A stretch of 64,000 nt of DNA, from assembly GCF_009914755.1 (NCBI RefSeq), contig NC_060926.1; one strand, given 5' to 3'. A program made the translations under genes and the position numbers. Positions 27,649 to 38,965 of the stretch are shown piece by piece. Source of the DNA: the human T2T-CHM13v2.0 reference genome, Homo sapiens. The number at the start of each line of letters is the position of its first letter. Within the stretch, counting starts at the first letter, position 1. The notes under the pieces are model-generated. The model ran no database searches. It had not been told where the DNA came from and saw only the letters and a list, made by a program, of their open reading frames with translations.

Positions 27649-30169
27649 ATTAATACTCGGTATTCAATAACTATCAGCAAAGCAGGCCAAAAGAGCTGAA
27701 CATATTCTATATTTAATATTCTTCAATAAATTTAGTTAGTATACAGGTTGTTTTTTAAAATGTTATAGGGGGAAGAAGTAGCTGCTCTGTAGGGCCTCCA
27801 GGAGACAGCCTATGAACATGAGGTCAGTGGCAGAACAGGGTCAAGAGCTGTTCTTAATTCCTTCACTCATTTAGTAAACGATTCTAACTTTGATCTCTTC
27901 TTAGCTACCTTGGTGTCTAGAAGGAAAAATAAGAGTTTACATCCAAGACAAATATTTCCCCTAAAAAGAAGAGCTGTCATAAGAAACTATCAGTCTCTTG
28001 AAATTTTCCACAACTTGAGGAAGATTCCCTAGGGATCCTACTCCTTTATTTTTTTTTAAGACACCATTTAAAACTTATTACTTTTAAGGGAATTTCTTTA
28101 CAATAAAGTCAGTCTCTCTATTTTTTCTCTCTTCCCCCTCTCCCTTTGGAGTAAGGGAAGCATGTTAAAAGAAACCAGAATGACCACATAAGAAAGTTTG
28201 AGAACTTCCAGAGAACAGTAATAAATAGGGTGCAAAAACCTTCTGATCATCATGTGGATTGTTTCTGAAGGGTAACTTGGATGAAAATAATTTATGACCA
28301 TTTCTACAAATAAGCCATTAAAAAACTCCACACACTTAAAGCCTACTAAAGATGCAGAATATATTATTATATGAGATCATAATGGCTGTAGGTTGTAGTG
28401 ACTTCGTAAACCACTCAGGAAGGACATCAGAGAACTCTTAATAGAAAATAAGAATCAATATGATTATTACGATTATCTTAACATTTTAGAATTGACTAGC
28501 AAAATAAGCGATAACTATGCTGTTTTCTGTAAAATGCACACTGTGCTCTTGTATTATTAGATCATTTTCTTTATTGAAAGTGGAAATTGAATTAGATACT
28601 GGATTCAAGCCTTATATCTGTCTCCCCATCTCTCTTGATTCTTCAACATGTCTCTCCACTTTGTCTTGGCCCCCAATGTCTACAGATGGACTCAATTCTC
28701 ACCCATCACTGCTCTCTCTTCCTGTCCCTGAAAGAATCCTCCCTAGACCCTAACACCTTTCAAGCTACTTTGTCCATGCACCCTGCTTTCCAACCTTCGT
28801 AAGATTGAATGATCCTTGTTTCCAGAACCCATCCCGCTTGCTTTCTTTTTATGTTAGCTTGCCTCTCTTTTTTTTCCAAACTGTCTGCCCATAGCTTGCT
28901 GATGCGCCTACTTCTCTGATTATTCCTTCTCGGTCTCTTTCCCATTTTACTCTGTTTATTCCTTAGATGCTAGGATTCCCCTGAAGTTTCATTCTTTGTC
29001 CTCTTTCTCCACACCAGGGGTCTGTGAACCACCTAAAACTGAAAACAATTTTTTGTGTTTTGAGACAGAACACTTTTTCCCCCTTGAGAAAGTATCTGTA
29101 GCTTTCATATTCTCAAAAGGGCCCTTGGCTCTTTTAACAAGATTGAGTGTCCCTGCCCTCACTCTGCCTCCTCCTTTTTGCCTTTGACCACCCTTTTTAT
29201 ATGCTAGCTGTTCCCAAATCCATCTACAGTTCTCACTAGGGGCAAAAGAGTCCGACAGCGAAGAGGAAACCAAGATTCAAAGAAATGTTGAAGACTCCGA
29301 ACAATAAGAAATTGTACTGTACACATTTTGTGTCTAGCTCAGCTGATTCAATCCCACTGAAGACCAGTTGACTCTATGTTGGGCGGGGAGCGGCCGGGGT
29401 GTCGGGGGGTGCCTGACAGGGTCATTACTTCAGGTTGTCAGGTAAGATCCCAGGAGGAACTGGTGAAATAAAGGCTATGCGCAAAAACCCTAGTTGCCAG
29501 TGGCGGAGGAGAGGGCGCGCCCAGGTCCTGGCGGAGATGAGAACAGGAGAGAAACCCACAGGCAGCTGCACTGCCCACAGCTGCAGCGAAGCCAATCTCT
29601 AGGTCTGCAATCACCCTTAGGGGCCAGAAACCCAGCCCCGCACCAGCGGCGCCTTTGACGGACAGCCACCTTCTGCAATCACCTTGCAGTTCACTATAAA
29701 CACTCCCTATTCCTCCCGCCTATCGCTTCCCTCTCCAAGCCAATCAGAAGAACGGGCGGGATCGTCCTTAGTCGGTTCCTTCTTTTTTTTTTTAAAAAAA
29801 AGGTAGCCTGTGCGTCGCATTCCGGCTTCGGGGAAAAACCACCTCCCGAGCAAGGGCAAGGCGGAGCCCCTGTGATGGGCAGGCAGTTCTACCAATGAGG
29901 TGCCCCAGCCGCTGTAAGACCCGGCCGCCGAGGTGGGCGGGGCACGCGCGGGGCCTGGCCAATGGCGGCGGGGCGGTGGAGGTTGAGCTGCCGTGGGTAG
30001 GGTTAGTGTGAGAGGTGCGGCGGGGGAGGTAATGATGATGGTGGCGGAGGAGAAAGGCGGGGGAGGGGGTGCTGGGCGCTGAGCGGTGGCTCTGGCAGGG
30101 CTTGGTAGGGTGGGGGACGGTCGCGGGGCGATCTGTCAGGGAGGGGGTGGGCGTGAGGGGCGCCGTCCG

Positions 30170-30344
30170 CCTGAGGGGCTGCAGATCCCGGCTACCGCGA
30201 GCGCCGTGGCTGGCTTGGCTGTTCCATGTGGCTCCGGCGGGGATGGAGGACTCGGTGGCGGCGGCGGCTGCTGCTGCGGCGGCGACGGAGGAGCGGCTAT
30301 GAGAAGGGAACGGGGCCAGACTCAGCCCGACAGCGGGATTAGAG
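30170..30344 (+). other. EHBP1: Probable non-coding first exon of EHBP1 (start approximate)
   Basis: GGC/GCT-rich leader downstream of the CCAAT/GC boxes, ending at a GAG|GTGTGA donor (30344/30345). The TSS cannot be fixed from sequence. Confidence 0.6.
30256..30285 (+). repeat. Interrupted GCN trinucleotide repeat (GCG)3(GCT)3(GCG)3
   Basis: Read directly from the sequence. Confidence 0.9.
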
Positions 30345-31188
30345 GTGTGAGGAGGGGGCGGGAGTGGACGAGCGGCGGGGCCGGGGCTCGGGGTCCGGGC
30401 TGGGGTCTTCTGGTATCGCCTGGGTGACAGGGACCGCGGACGAGCCACCGCCTGTCTCCGCTGGGGGGCAGGGGTCTGGGCTCCGTGCGTGAGGAGACTG
30501 GGCTCCGGCGGACTGTTTCCCTGAGGATGGGGGAGGGAGGCACCGCACCCTGCACAGTCCACTTGCCCCGCTGGTCATTGCTTCACCCCCAGGCAGGAGT
30601 TTCCATTTCCCTCCGGTTGGCAGCGAAGGAGCCCAAGTGGCCTGGAGCCGGGACATTGCCCTCTCTCTGCCTGGAGATTTCCCTCCACTCCTCGTTCCCC
30701 ATCCATTTCCTCCCTCCGACTGAAAAATAGCATTCCTCCTGGCTCCCTAATTTGTTCCAAGCACATATTGTCGGACTTGAGGCTATTAATTATCGACTGA
30801 AAAACAAAGTTTATTAAAAAATACTCCACTTCTCCCTCTTTCTGGCGGTGGACATTAAACAGCATCCCTAGACTTTCCCGCTCTGCTCGCCCTTCAGTGA
30901 TGCTAACAGGGGGAGGTAGGGCCCCGAGTTACCGTCTCTCTGGATTGTTGTTGGTGCTGACTACCTGATGTGTCGCTCCACGTCTTCGGTGTGAATTGTA
31001 ATTTCTTCCTTGGTGTCTTGCATCCTTGATGTTACTGGCTTTTGAGGTCAGTGTTTTGTTTCATTGTTTAAAAGACATGCAGAGAACTGGGATGGTCTTT
31101 TGCAGCGTTATTTAACATGGGTGGTTAGTCATTTCTCATGATTCTCTCCTCATATTCTTTCTCTTTTTGTCTTTGTTTTGCTTTTCAG

Positions 31189-31483
31189 CCCTCCAGAATA
31201 CCCATCATATAGCCCCTGAGGTGGCATGGTGATGTCTCCATGAGGGAACCCCTTCCCACTCATCCTGTCACGTATATCATAGTGTTCTTGACTGGGCCAT
31301 TCATCTAAGATGGGATTTACCCTGTGAAACAGGGAGAAGACTTATGGACCCCAAGCATCATTTCGAGTTGTAGTTGAGTTTTTAAAAGACATACATGCAA
31401 AGTTCCTTTGCTTTGGACCCTCTGCATTATTAAAGCTGCTGTATTGCTAACCCAGAACTGCTCCAGTGTCTTGACTGATCATC
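31189..31483 (+). other. EHBP1: 5'UTR part of the EHBP1 first coding exon (295 nt)
   Basis: Strong acceptor: about 45-nt polypyrimidine tract ending TTTTCAG| at 31188. Confidence 0.85.
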
Positions 31484-31587
31484 ATGGCTTCAGTTTGGAA
31501 GAGACTGCAGCGTGTGGGAAAACATGCATCCAAGTTCCAGTTTGTGGCCTCCTACCAGGAGCTCATGGTTGAGTGTACGAAGAAATG
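31484..31587 (+). CDS. EHBP1: EH domain-binding protein 1, first coding exon (start of the NT-C2 domain), partial CDS
   Basis: ATCATGG Kozak context; translates MASVWKRLQRVGKHASKFQFVASYQELMVECTKK-W, which I recognise as the EHBP1 N-terminus; phase-2 donor ATG|GTAAGA at 31587/31588. Confidence 0.97.
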
Positions 31588-32769
31588 GTAAGATGTACCT
31601 GGAGGTAGATTTTGCTGTGCTGTGGCCTAAGCATACTGTGGCCTAAACTCTGGGTCTTCTGATAGTATATTTACCTTTCTATAGTGCACTAGTGTGTAGA
31701 AGCTGGGTGGGGCGCAGATAACTCTAACAAGTACTGTGCTGTGCACTGTTGCTGCTAGTACCATCCCTGTGGATTTTAATTACTGCGCTTCAGTATGGCT
31801 CAGAGGACTGTAACTGTGAGAGCACACTAAATACAATAGATTTGGTTTTGAGGTTATTCATCATTAGTGTTAAAATAACTTTGATTTTTGTAATTTTAAG
31901 GAGACAAAGAATGGCTACTGAAATATTGTGAGCATTAATCCGTATATTTTAATATAACAGGCATATGATTTAATAGAGTTTTAATATAGAAGTCTATATT
32001 CTTGTGGGGTGATGGTAATCTATTTTATTTTTGTTTTTTCATTTTTCCTTGCTTAGGATAAAGAATTTTTCATTATTTGATTAATGGAATGCCATCCACA
32101 AAACCTTAGAAATTCTTTTGTTAAATGCTTACTCAGGCAACTGTATTTTATTTTAATTGCCTAATGGGATACATTTCTTGGCCAGATTTAAGGAAGCAAT
32201 TAGTAGTGCTGGTCTGTGATTGGCTTTTTTCCACTTGAGAAGAGTAAATATAGGGCTTTCTTTCCATTGCCCTGAATGATAAACAACAAAAATTTTTTAT
32301 TTAGTGAGAGAAAAAAGTTAATTTTAAGCAAATGGTCGTTTGGGTCTTGATTTACTGCAGTGATTAAGCAGTAATGGACTTATTGCAAAATAAGTCCATT
32401 TCTTTGTCCAGAAGGACTGTAATTCAGGTCTGTAATAATTTTTCTTTTTAACATCCATTTTATTAGATTAAAAAAATAGCTTGCTTTATTCTAGAACTCT
32501 TATATTTGAATATTTATTTGGAACTAGTTTCTGAATGCTTTTCTCTTCAACTTATTAGGAATATTATTTTAAAATCAGTTTGAGAAATGCATGCACTCAT
32601 TACCTACTTTATACCAGGTACTGTGGATTTAGAGTAGAATACAACATAATCCCTGTCCTCAAGGAGTGTGCAGTCCAGTATAAGGAGAGTCACATGAATA
32701 AATTCACCGTGAGAGATGCAATAATATAAATATGTATGACATAAGGATTTTAATCTGTCTCGATACAGT

Positions 32770-32945
32770 TGAGTATCTTTGAGGACGGGTTATTTAACTT
32801 CTCCGTGATTCAAGTTTCCATATCCATAAAGGTCATAATGGTGCCACTTCATGGGGAGGGTAATTGTGAAGATTAAATGAGTTAATACATTTAAAATGCT
32901 TGGAACAGTGTCAGGGACATAGTGCCTAATAGATGCCATTATTAT
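32770..32945 (+). mobile_element. MIR within L2 remnants (about 32580-33620)
   Basis: TTATTTAACTTCTC...GTGAAGATTAAATGAGTTAATACATTTAAAATGCTTGGAACAGTG. Confidence 0.8.
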
Positions 32946-35339
32946 GTACAGAGGTCGCAGAGGGAAAAACAATTCTTTAAGGGTAGAGGATGAGTTGTTG
33001 GGATGGCTTCCTGGGATCTGAGCTGGGTTTTGAAAGATTCATAGTTGTTGTCCAGGAAGCCAAGGGAGAAGACGTAAAAGACATTCTAGACTGAAGCAAC
33101 AACCTATGCAGAAACATGGGAGGCTTACCTAGCATGGGATGTGCTGGAAATTCAAGTAGTATAGTTTGATATTAATGGGGTTTAAAGTGTAGGATTGGGG
33201 GGCATGCAGTGAGATATGAGGTTTGAGAGTCAGGCAGGACTGAAAGCATGTTAAGTTATGTGCTGTTAATAAATGATTTGGGGATTATTCTGTAGGTGAT
33301 AGGAACATAGTAAAAGATTATGAGCAGAAGAGACATTAGGTTTGCTATTGGAAAATCACCAGGACAACAGTGTAGACTGAGGATCATAGTAAAAAGGTGA
33401 CTGGAAGCAGCAATATTAGGGTAGCTGTTTTAATAAATAAGGGGAGACAAAAGGTTAGGACTAGGCAGTGGCAAAGGGAATGGAGAGAATTAACTGGAGG
33501 AACACTCAGAACACAAAATGGGTAGGATTTGGTGGTCATTTCAGTTGGGGATCTGAGCAAGATGGGGATGAGGGAGAAGAAAAGGGCTAGATTGACATCC
33601 AAGCTTTTGTGTTGGAAATTTGGATGTATTTGACCAAGCTGGAGAAGGTCGTGATTATAGGTGTTTCTTAACTTGGCAGTATACTGGGAGCATCAACGTT
33701 AAGATGGTTAAATTTTAATCTTTTTCTTAAGGGAAATAGAACATTATCAGGTGATTCCTCAGTTAGAAAATCAGTTTCTTCCTCACAGTTTGCAGCCTTC
33801 CTGGAATTTTATTTCCCTAGAGCTTTTAAGTTATTAATTTTTAAATAACAATTTAAGTTATTGCTAATGTGTCTAAAGGTAAAAGCTACAGCGAAAATTT
33901 AGCTTGATTGCAGTTGAATAAATGGCTTGATTACTTTTAGGGATGGCCATTATGGTGTCCCTATTAAATCAGGTCTTATGATAGGATCTGGACTTAATAC
34001 CAGAAGGATTTGGATGTTCTCCTAGAAGTATTGGGGGTACTTAATACTTAGTACCCCCAATACTTCTTGTATTGTCTAGTGGTTCTAGAACTTACATCTA
34101 GAACTTAATACCAGAATTATTTATACCAGTTCTAGAACCACTAGAACTTAGATCAGGAACAAAAACGAGAATGTCTTTTTTTCATTTGAGAGAGGGACAG
34201 TATACCAGGGAGGGCCTATTCATCATCATTCCTTGATTGCCACATGAAGGGGCTTTAGCAAATTTGGAGATGATAGGGGTTTATACCCCCTACTCTTCTT
34301 GTTGTCCTTATGTCATTTAATTATTAAATGATGTAGCTGTTGGCAAGTAGTAAGACTGGCCTCTGGAGATGAGTTTGAAAGAGACTGTACTGTCATTTCT
34401 CAGTTTACTTTCTGTTCTGTTCTTTTATCATCTGTAGGCTTTTAGATTTCTGAGAGAAATCTTTACTATATGAGTTCTCAAAGGCTTTACAGGTGTTTAA
34501 GTAAACTGTATGAAAGTTGGCAAGTTGGGGTTATGATGATAATTTAACTATGTTGCAAATTAAATTCTGGTAAAAGCTCTCTAATATATGACATGAATCA
34601 TTATGTATGAATACGTATTATATTTTGTATGTATATATATGAACATATTTTATATTTGTATTTATATTTCTTCCATCTAATTCTTAGTTGTGGTGGGAGG
34701 ACTAAAAATATTCAGAGTGCTGTAAACTTTTCCCAAAAAGTCATGTATTTATTTTAGTTTCTTATTTTTCTATGTCATATAAGAATTCCTTTTCCTTATT
34801 TTAAAATATAATTTTAATTATAATTTATATATTAAATAGGCAGTACAATCACATGGTTCAAAACTCTAGAGGTACAAAAAGGTGAAGATACATCCCTGAA
34901 AGTAACTCTTCTTTTTGTTCATTATTTCACACATCTTTGCCAACCTTGTGACCCCAGGATTTGAAAGGTAAAAAAAAAGTAGTTTTTCTTAGTGTTTAAG
35001 TTTGTGACATTGACCTGTTAGATAAAATATAAACTCTTTAATCTGATGTTCCAGGCTATGTGTAACTGATCCCAGCTTAGTCTTCCAATTAGACATTAAG
35101 AAGACTACATGCACTTTCAGTGTTAAGTTGAATTTATGAAGACCAAATTACATTAAGAAGTATTAATTTCAGATCCACTTCTTTGGGTGGCTTAAGCAAG
35201 CATTTCTCTGTTGACCATGGAGTGATATAGAGATACATGAGCCTTGATGTAAATAACCTACTTTTGAAATAAATTTTACAAAGAACAGAAAAAAGCATTA
35301 ATTAGAAACAAACTTGGTGTGTTTTGTGGGATATGGACT

Positions 35340-37900
35340 GTCATGAGTAAAAGTGGAAGCAGGGATACCAGCTAATAGGCTGTTGCAGTAATTCAAACAG
35401 CAGAGTAGTAGGTGGTGAGAAATGGTCAGACATAGGTAACACACACATACCCTCACACACACTCAGCACCACCACACTTTATTGAGGTATAATTTACACT
35501 TGCATATAGTAAAATGCATCCATTTTAAGTGTACAGTTCAGTGAGTTTTGACAATTTTATGTACCCATGTAGCTGGATAATAAATTTTTTTAAAGATATA
35601 GTTAGCAGGACTTACTGATGGATTAGATATGATGTAAAGTAAGAGACAATCAATAATGACTATAGGTTTTTGGCCTGAGCAACCAGGTGAATGTAATATT
35701 AATTGAAGGGATAGGGGAACACTTGGGGAGGAAAAGGTTTGGTGTGAGGGAGAAATCAAGAATTCTGTTTGCTTTTCGTTTGGGACATCCAGATGGAGAT
35801 CTTAGTTAAGCAGTTAATTATAAAAGTCTCAAACTCAGAGGCTGGATCATCTTAGTATGTAAGTAGTAGTTATAATCATGGGGCGATAGAAAATTTCCTA
35901 TGCATTAATACAGATTGAGAAGAGGATTGAAGACTGAGCCTTGAGGCACTTCAGCATATAGAGGTGAGGAAGGAGAGGAGGAGCCAACAAAGGAGACAGG
36001 AAACAAGCAGTAGTGAGATAGGAAAATTGGGAGAGCGTGTTTTCTAAGAAACCAACTGCAAAAAGTGTATTAAGGGAGTATTTGGCTGTGTCAAATACTG
36101 TTGAGAGGTTGAGCAAGGTGACCGTTGGATTTGGCAAGATGGAAAGAACTAATGATTTTGAGGAATGGTTCAATGGAGTGGTGGAGATGAAGACTTGATT
36201 AAGTTGGCTTAGAGGAAAGGAAGTGATTACAGTGAGTATGATGATTTTTTTGGAGTATTTTGCTACAAAGCAGAGAACTAGGTAATACTTGGAGAGAGAC
36301 AAGGGTTCAAGGTACATTTTTTGCTTGGCAGATATTGCAACATGTGTAAATGCTGGTGGAAATGATTGGTAGAGAAGGAAAAATGGATGATGTGGTGGGA
36401 GAGGAGGTAACCTTAGGACAGAAAAGTCTTTGAGTGAGAGAAAGAGAAAAGGATCCAGAACACAAGTGGAAACGTTGAACTTAGGTAGAAGCAGGGACCA
36501 TTCATTGTTACAAGGGGAGAAGCAGGGTACATGGGTAGAGAAGCAGATAGGTTGGTAGATTTGGTTGGGAAGGATGTGGACATTCTGTTTTCTCAGGGAA
36601 ATGATATAAGAAATCATCTGCTGGGAGGGAGGTGACAGTTGTTGAAGAACTGAGGAGATGAGGTATGAAGTTGTCAAAGTGAGAATGAATTGACTAGGGA
36701 AATGTAGGGGGATTGCTGGGTAGTAGTGATGACCTTCTTAACTTTGTGATTATAAATTTTAAGTGAATGCAACCAGCAAGTTTGCATATTTTAATCCAAC
36801 TGTGTTCAGTGCTTTGGTGCAGGCATGGAATAGATAGAGTTGGATTTGACCAGGATTGGATTTTGTCAGGAATGTATAACTGAGGGGAAGAGAGACAGGG
36901 AAATTGAGAGCAAATGTGCAGGAGTGGTTTTAGTGATGAACCATGGAATATAAGCTGGAAAAGGAGAAGGTAAGTACGTGAAAGATGGGATAGTCAGTGA
37001 AAGCATGAAAAGGATAATGATTGAAAGATTTTAAAGAGGTTGAAGAATTGTTGGGGTTGGGAGCTGGAAAGATGGGAGGTGGAAGAGTGTGAGATGCTTG
37101 ATTTTGAGGATGTGGTTAATGTTAATGACAAGATACTGGTGGTGTCCTTGGATCACATGTGCATATCTGTTTACAAAAATGAGCACATATCCCAATATAT
37201 TTTTAATATACTGCATACATGAAATATGAGTATACTTTAATTTCCTTTAATAAAATAAATACCTTTAAAATAAATAAATTTAAGTAGAATTTCTTGCTGT
37301 GTTTGAGTAGATAATCTTTTGCACCTTCCAGGTATTCCTATTCCTTGTTAGAGACTATAGCTATTAGTATATAACCATGAGAGTTGGTGGCTGAGGTGAA
37401 ATGGAGTAAAAGATTTTTTGGGTATGAAGAGGGTGGTCAAGGAATTTAGAGGCCAATGTGTGGACAGATTATTTGTGTGGCTCTTGAAGTTGCCAAGAAT
37501 AATGGGAGGAGAAACATTTAAGACAGGGAGTCAGGTGCTAAACTCTTTTTTTTTTTTTTTTTGAGACAGAGTCACACTCTGTTGCCCAGGGTGGAGTGCA
37601 GTGGCTCATTGCAACCTCTGCCTCCTGGGTTCAAGTGATTCTCATGCCTCAGCCTCCTAAGTAGCTGGGATTACCGGCATGTACCACCATGTCTGGCTAG
37701 TTTTTTTGTATTTTTAGTAGAGACAGGGTTTTGCTATGTTGGCCAGGCTGGTCTCGAACTCCTGTCCTCAAATGATCTGCCCACCTCAGCCTCCCAAAGT
37801 ACTGGGATTACAGGTCTGAGCCACGGCACCTGGCCTGGTGCTAAAATCTTTAATGTATGAGGGGAGAGATGGGGCAGAAGGTTAGATGACTGCAAAAGGA
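35340..37900 (-). mobile_element. Long LINE-2 remnant including degenerate ORF2/RT
   Basis: Purine-rich + strand. The minus-strand translation has STCVLDP and LLNLSTVFDT, resembling L2/CR1 ORF2 motifs STCxLDPiP and LDLSaAFDT. Confidence 0.8.
37546..37836 (-). mobile_element. AluS
   Basis: Reverse Alu; TSD GGTGCTAAA(C/A)TCTT. Confidence 0.95.
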
Positions 37901-38419
37901 AGAGGCAAGGTAAGAAAGGTATTGTTCCCTAGTTTCTAGGCTTGCTTCTAGAGAGGTTAGTTTGCAGTACTTTCTATGTTGCAAGTTATGTGAATCTTGA
38001 ACATCTTATTCCTTGAAACAAAATAGCGCAGTCTTTTCTATATTGTAAGTTGTCAAAGGCATATGATTTTAGCAAATGCTAAATTGATGTTACTTGTTTG
38101 TAATTTCATGATAGTATCTTATAAACTGATTTTTTTTAAATTGTAATTGTTACATATTGTGTTTTTTCCAGATTTTAAGTCTTTATTCTATGTGAAGAAC
38201 AGTTTTACAAAATTCAATTGTGGTGGGTTCTTTAAGGAATATAGTGGAGCCACTTAATGCCATAATTGGATATTGATGTGCTTACATCATGATTATGTCT
38301 ACACATGACTCAAAATATGCCTCTAGATCAAGAGTTGGCAGGCAAACTCTGGCCTGATCCAAACTGGCTCTTTTGTTCTCTAAAAAAATAGAGAACAAAT
38401 TTTTTTCTGTAAATATTCA

Positions 38420-38540
38420 CACTTTGGGAGGGGCTGAGGTGGCAGGATCCCATGAACTCAGGAGTTCAGTAGTTCAAGACCAGCCTGGGTAACATGGTGA
38501 GACCCTATCTCTTAAAAAGAAAAAAAGAAAGAAAGAAAAA
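38420..38540 (+). mobile_element. FLAM/Alu monomer inside a MER58-like element (about 38325-38560)
   Basis: CACTTTGGGAG...CCAGCCTGGGTAACATGGTGAGACC plus A tail; flanks GAGTTGGCA...AAACT and GTTTGCTGACTTCTG. Confidence 0.75.
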
Positions 38541-38779
38541 GTTTGCTGACTTCTGCTTTAAGTCGTGGGAGTTACTTGCAGCTAGTGTTTAGGGAATACA
38601 GAGTCTAGCACCTTTCTGTGTTCTCTGTGCTCAGGCTCTAAACTATTAGTTTAGTCTTATTCCACTCAAACTACATAAGTAACAGAGAAGAGACCATTGT
38701 GCCAGTTTTCCAGCCTTATAGAAAGAAACTTTAGAACAGCTTCTGAAAACATTGAGGTCTGTGTCTGTGTAAAATACAT

Positions 38780-38965
38780 ATTTTCTGGCTGTGTGACCTT
38801 GGATGAATTATCTCTTGGTACTTCTTCAGTAGTGGAGATGATAATAACACTACTTCCAGCATAGAGTTGTTTTGAAGATTAAGTAAGATAATACCTGTAA
38901 TAAAGGGGTTAGAACAGTGTCTGACAGAGTAAGCACCCAGAAAATTTTACCCATTGTTGTTATTA
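38780..38965 (+). mobile_element. MIR
   Basis: CTGTGTGACCTTGGATGAATT...GAAGATTAAGTAAGATAAT...TTAGAACAGTGTCTGACA. Confidence 0.75.

Larger units (their letters stand above)
29380..30950 (+). promoter_or_regulatory. EHBP1: CpG island / TATA-less promoter of EHBP1
   Basis: The only CpG-dense, GC-rich non-repeat stretch in the window. CCAAT boxes at 29592, 29740, 29892 and 29959; GC boxes (GGGCGG) at 29381, 29754, 29935 and 29971; about 1 kb upstream of the first coding exon. Confidence 0.92.

Noticed and set aside
29792-30562. 256-aa antisense ORF and other CpG-island ORFs
   Set aside because: GC-rich, stop-poor sequence with Pro/Arg/Ala-rich low complexity, a non-ATG start and no recognisable domain.
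31620-31646. 11-bp direct repeat CTGTGGCCTAA just after the exon donor
   Set aside because: A single short tandem duplication, common by slippage, with no supporting evidence of function.
33990-34150. CRISPR-like repeat/spacer array or intrinsic terminators
   Set aside because: The repeats are irregular in spacing and length, the context is a eukaryotic intron, and there are no cas genes.
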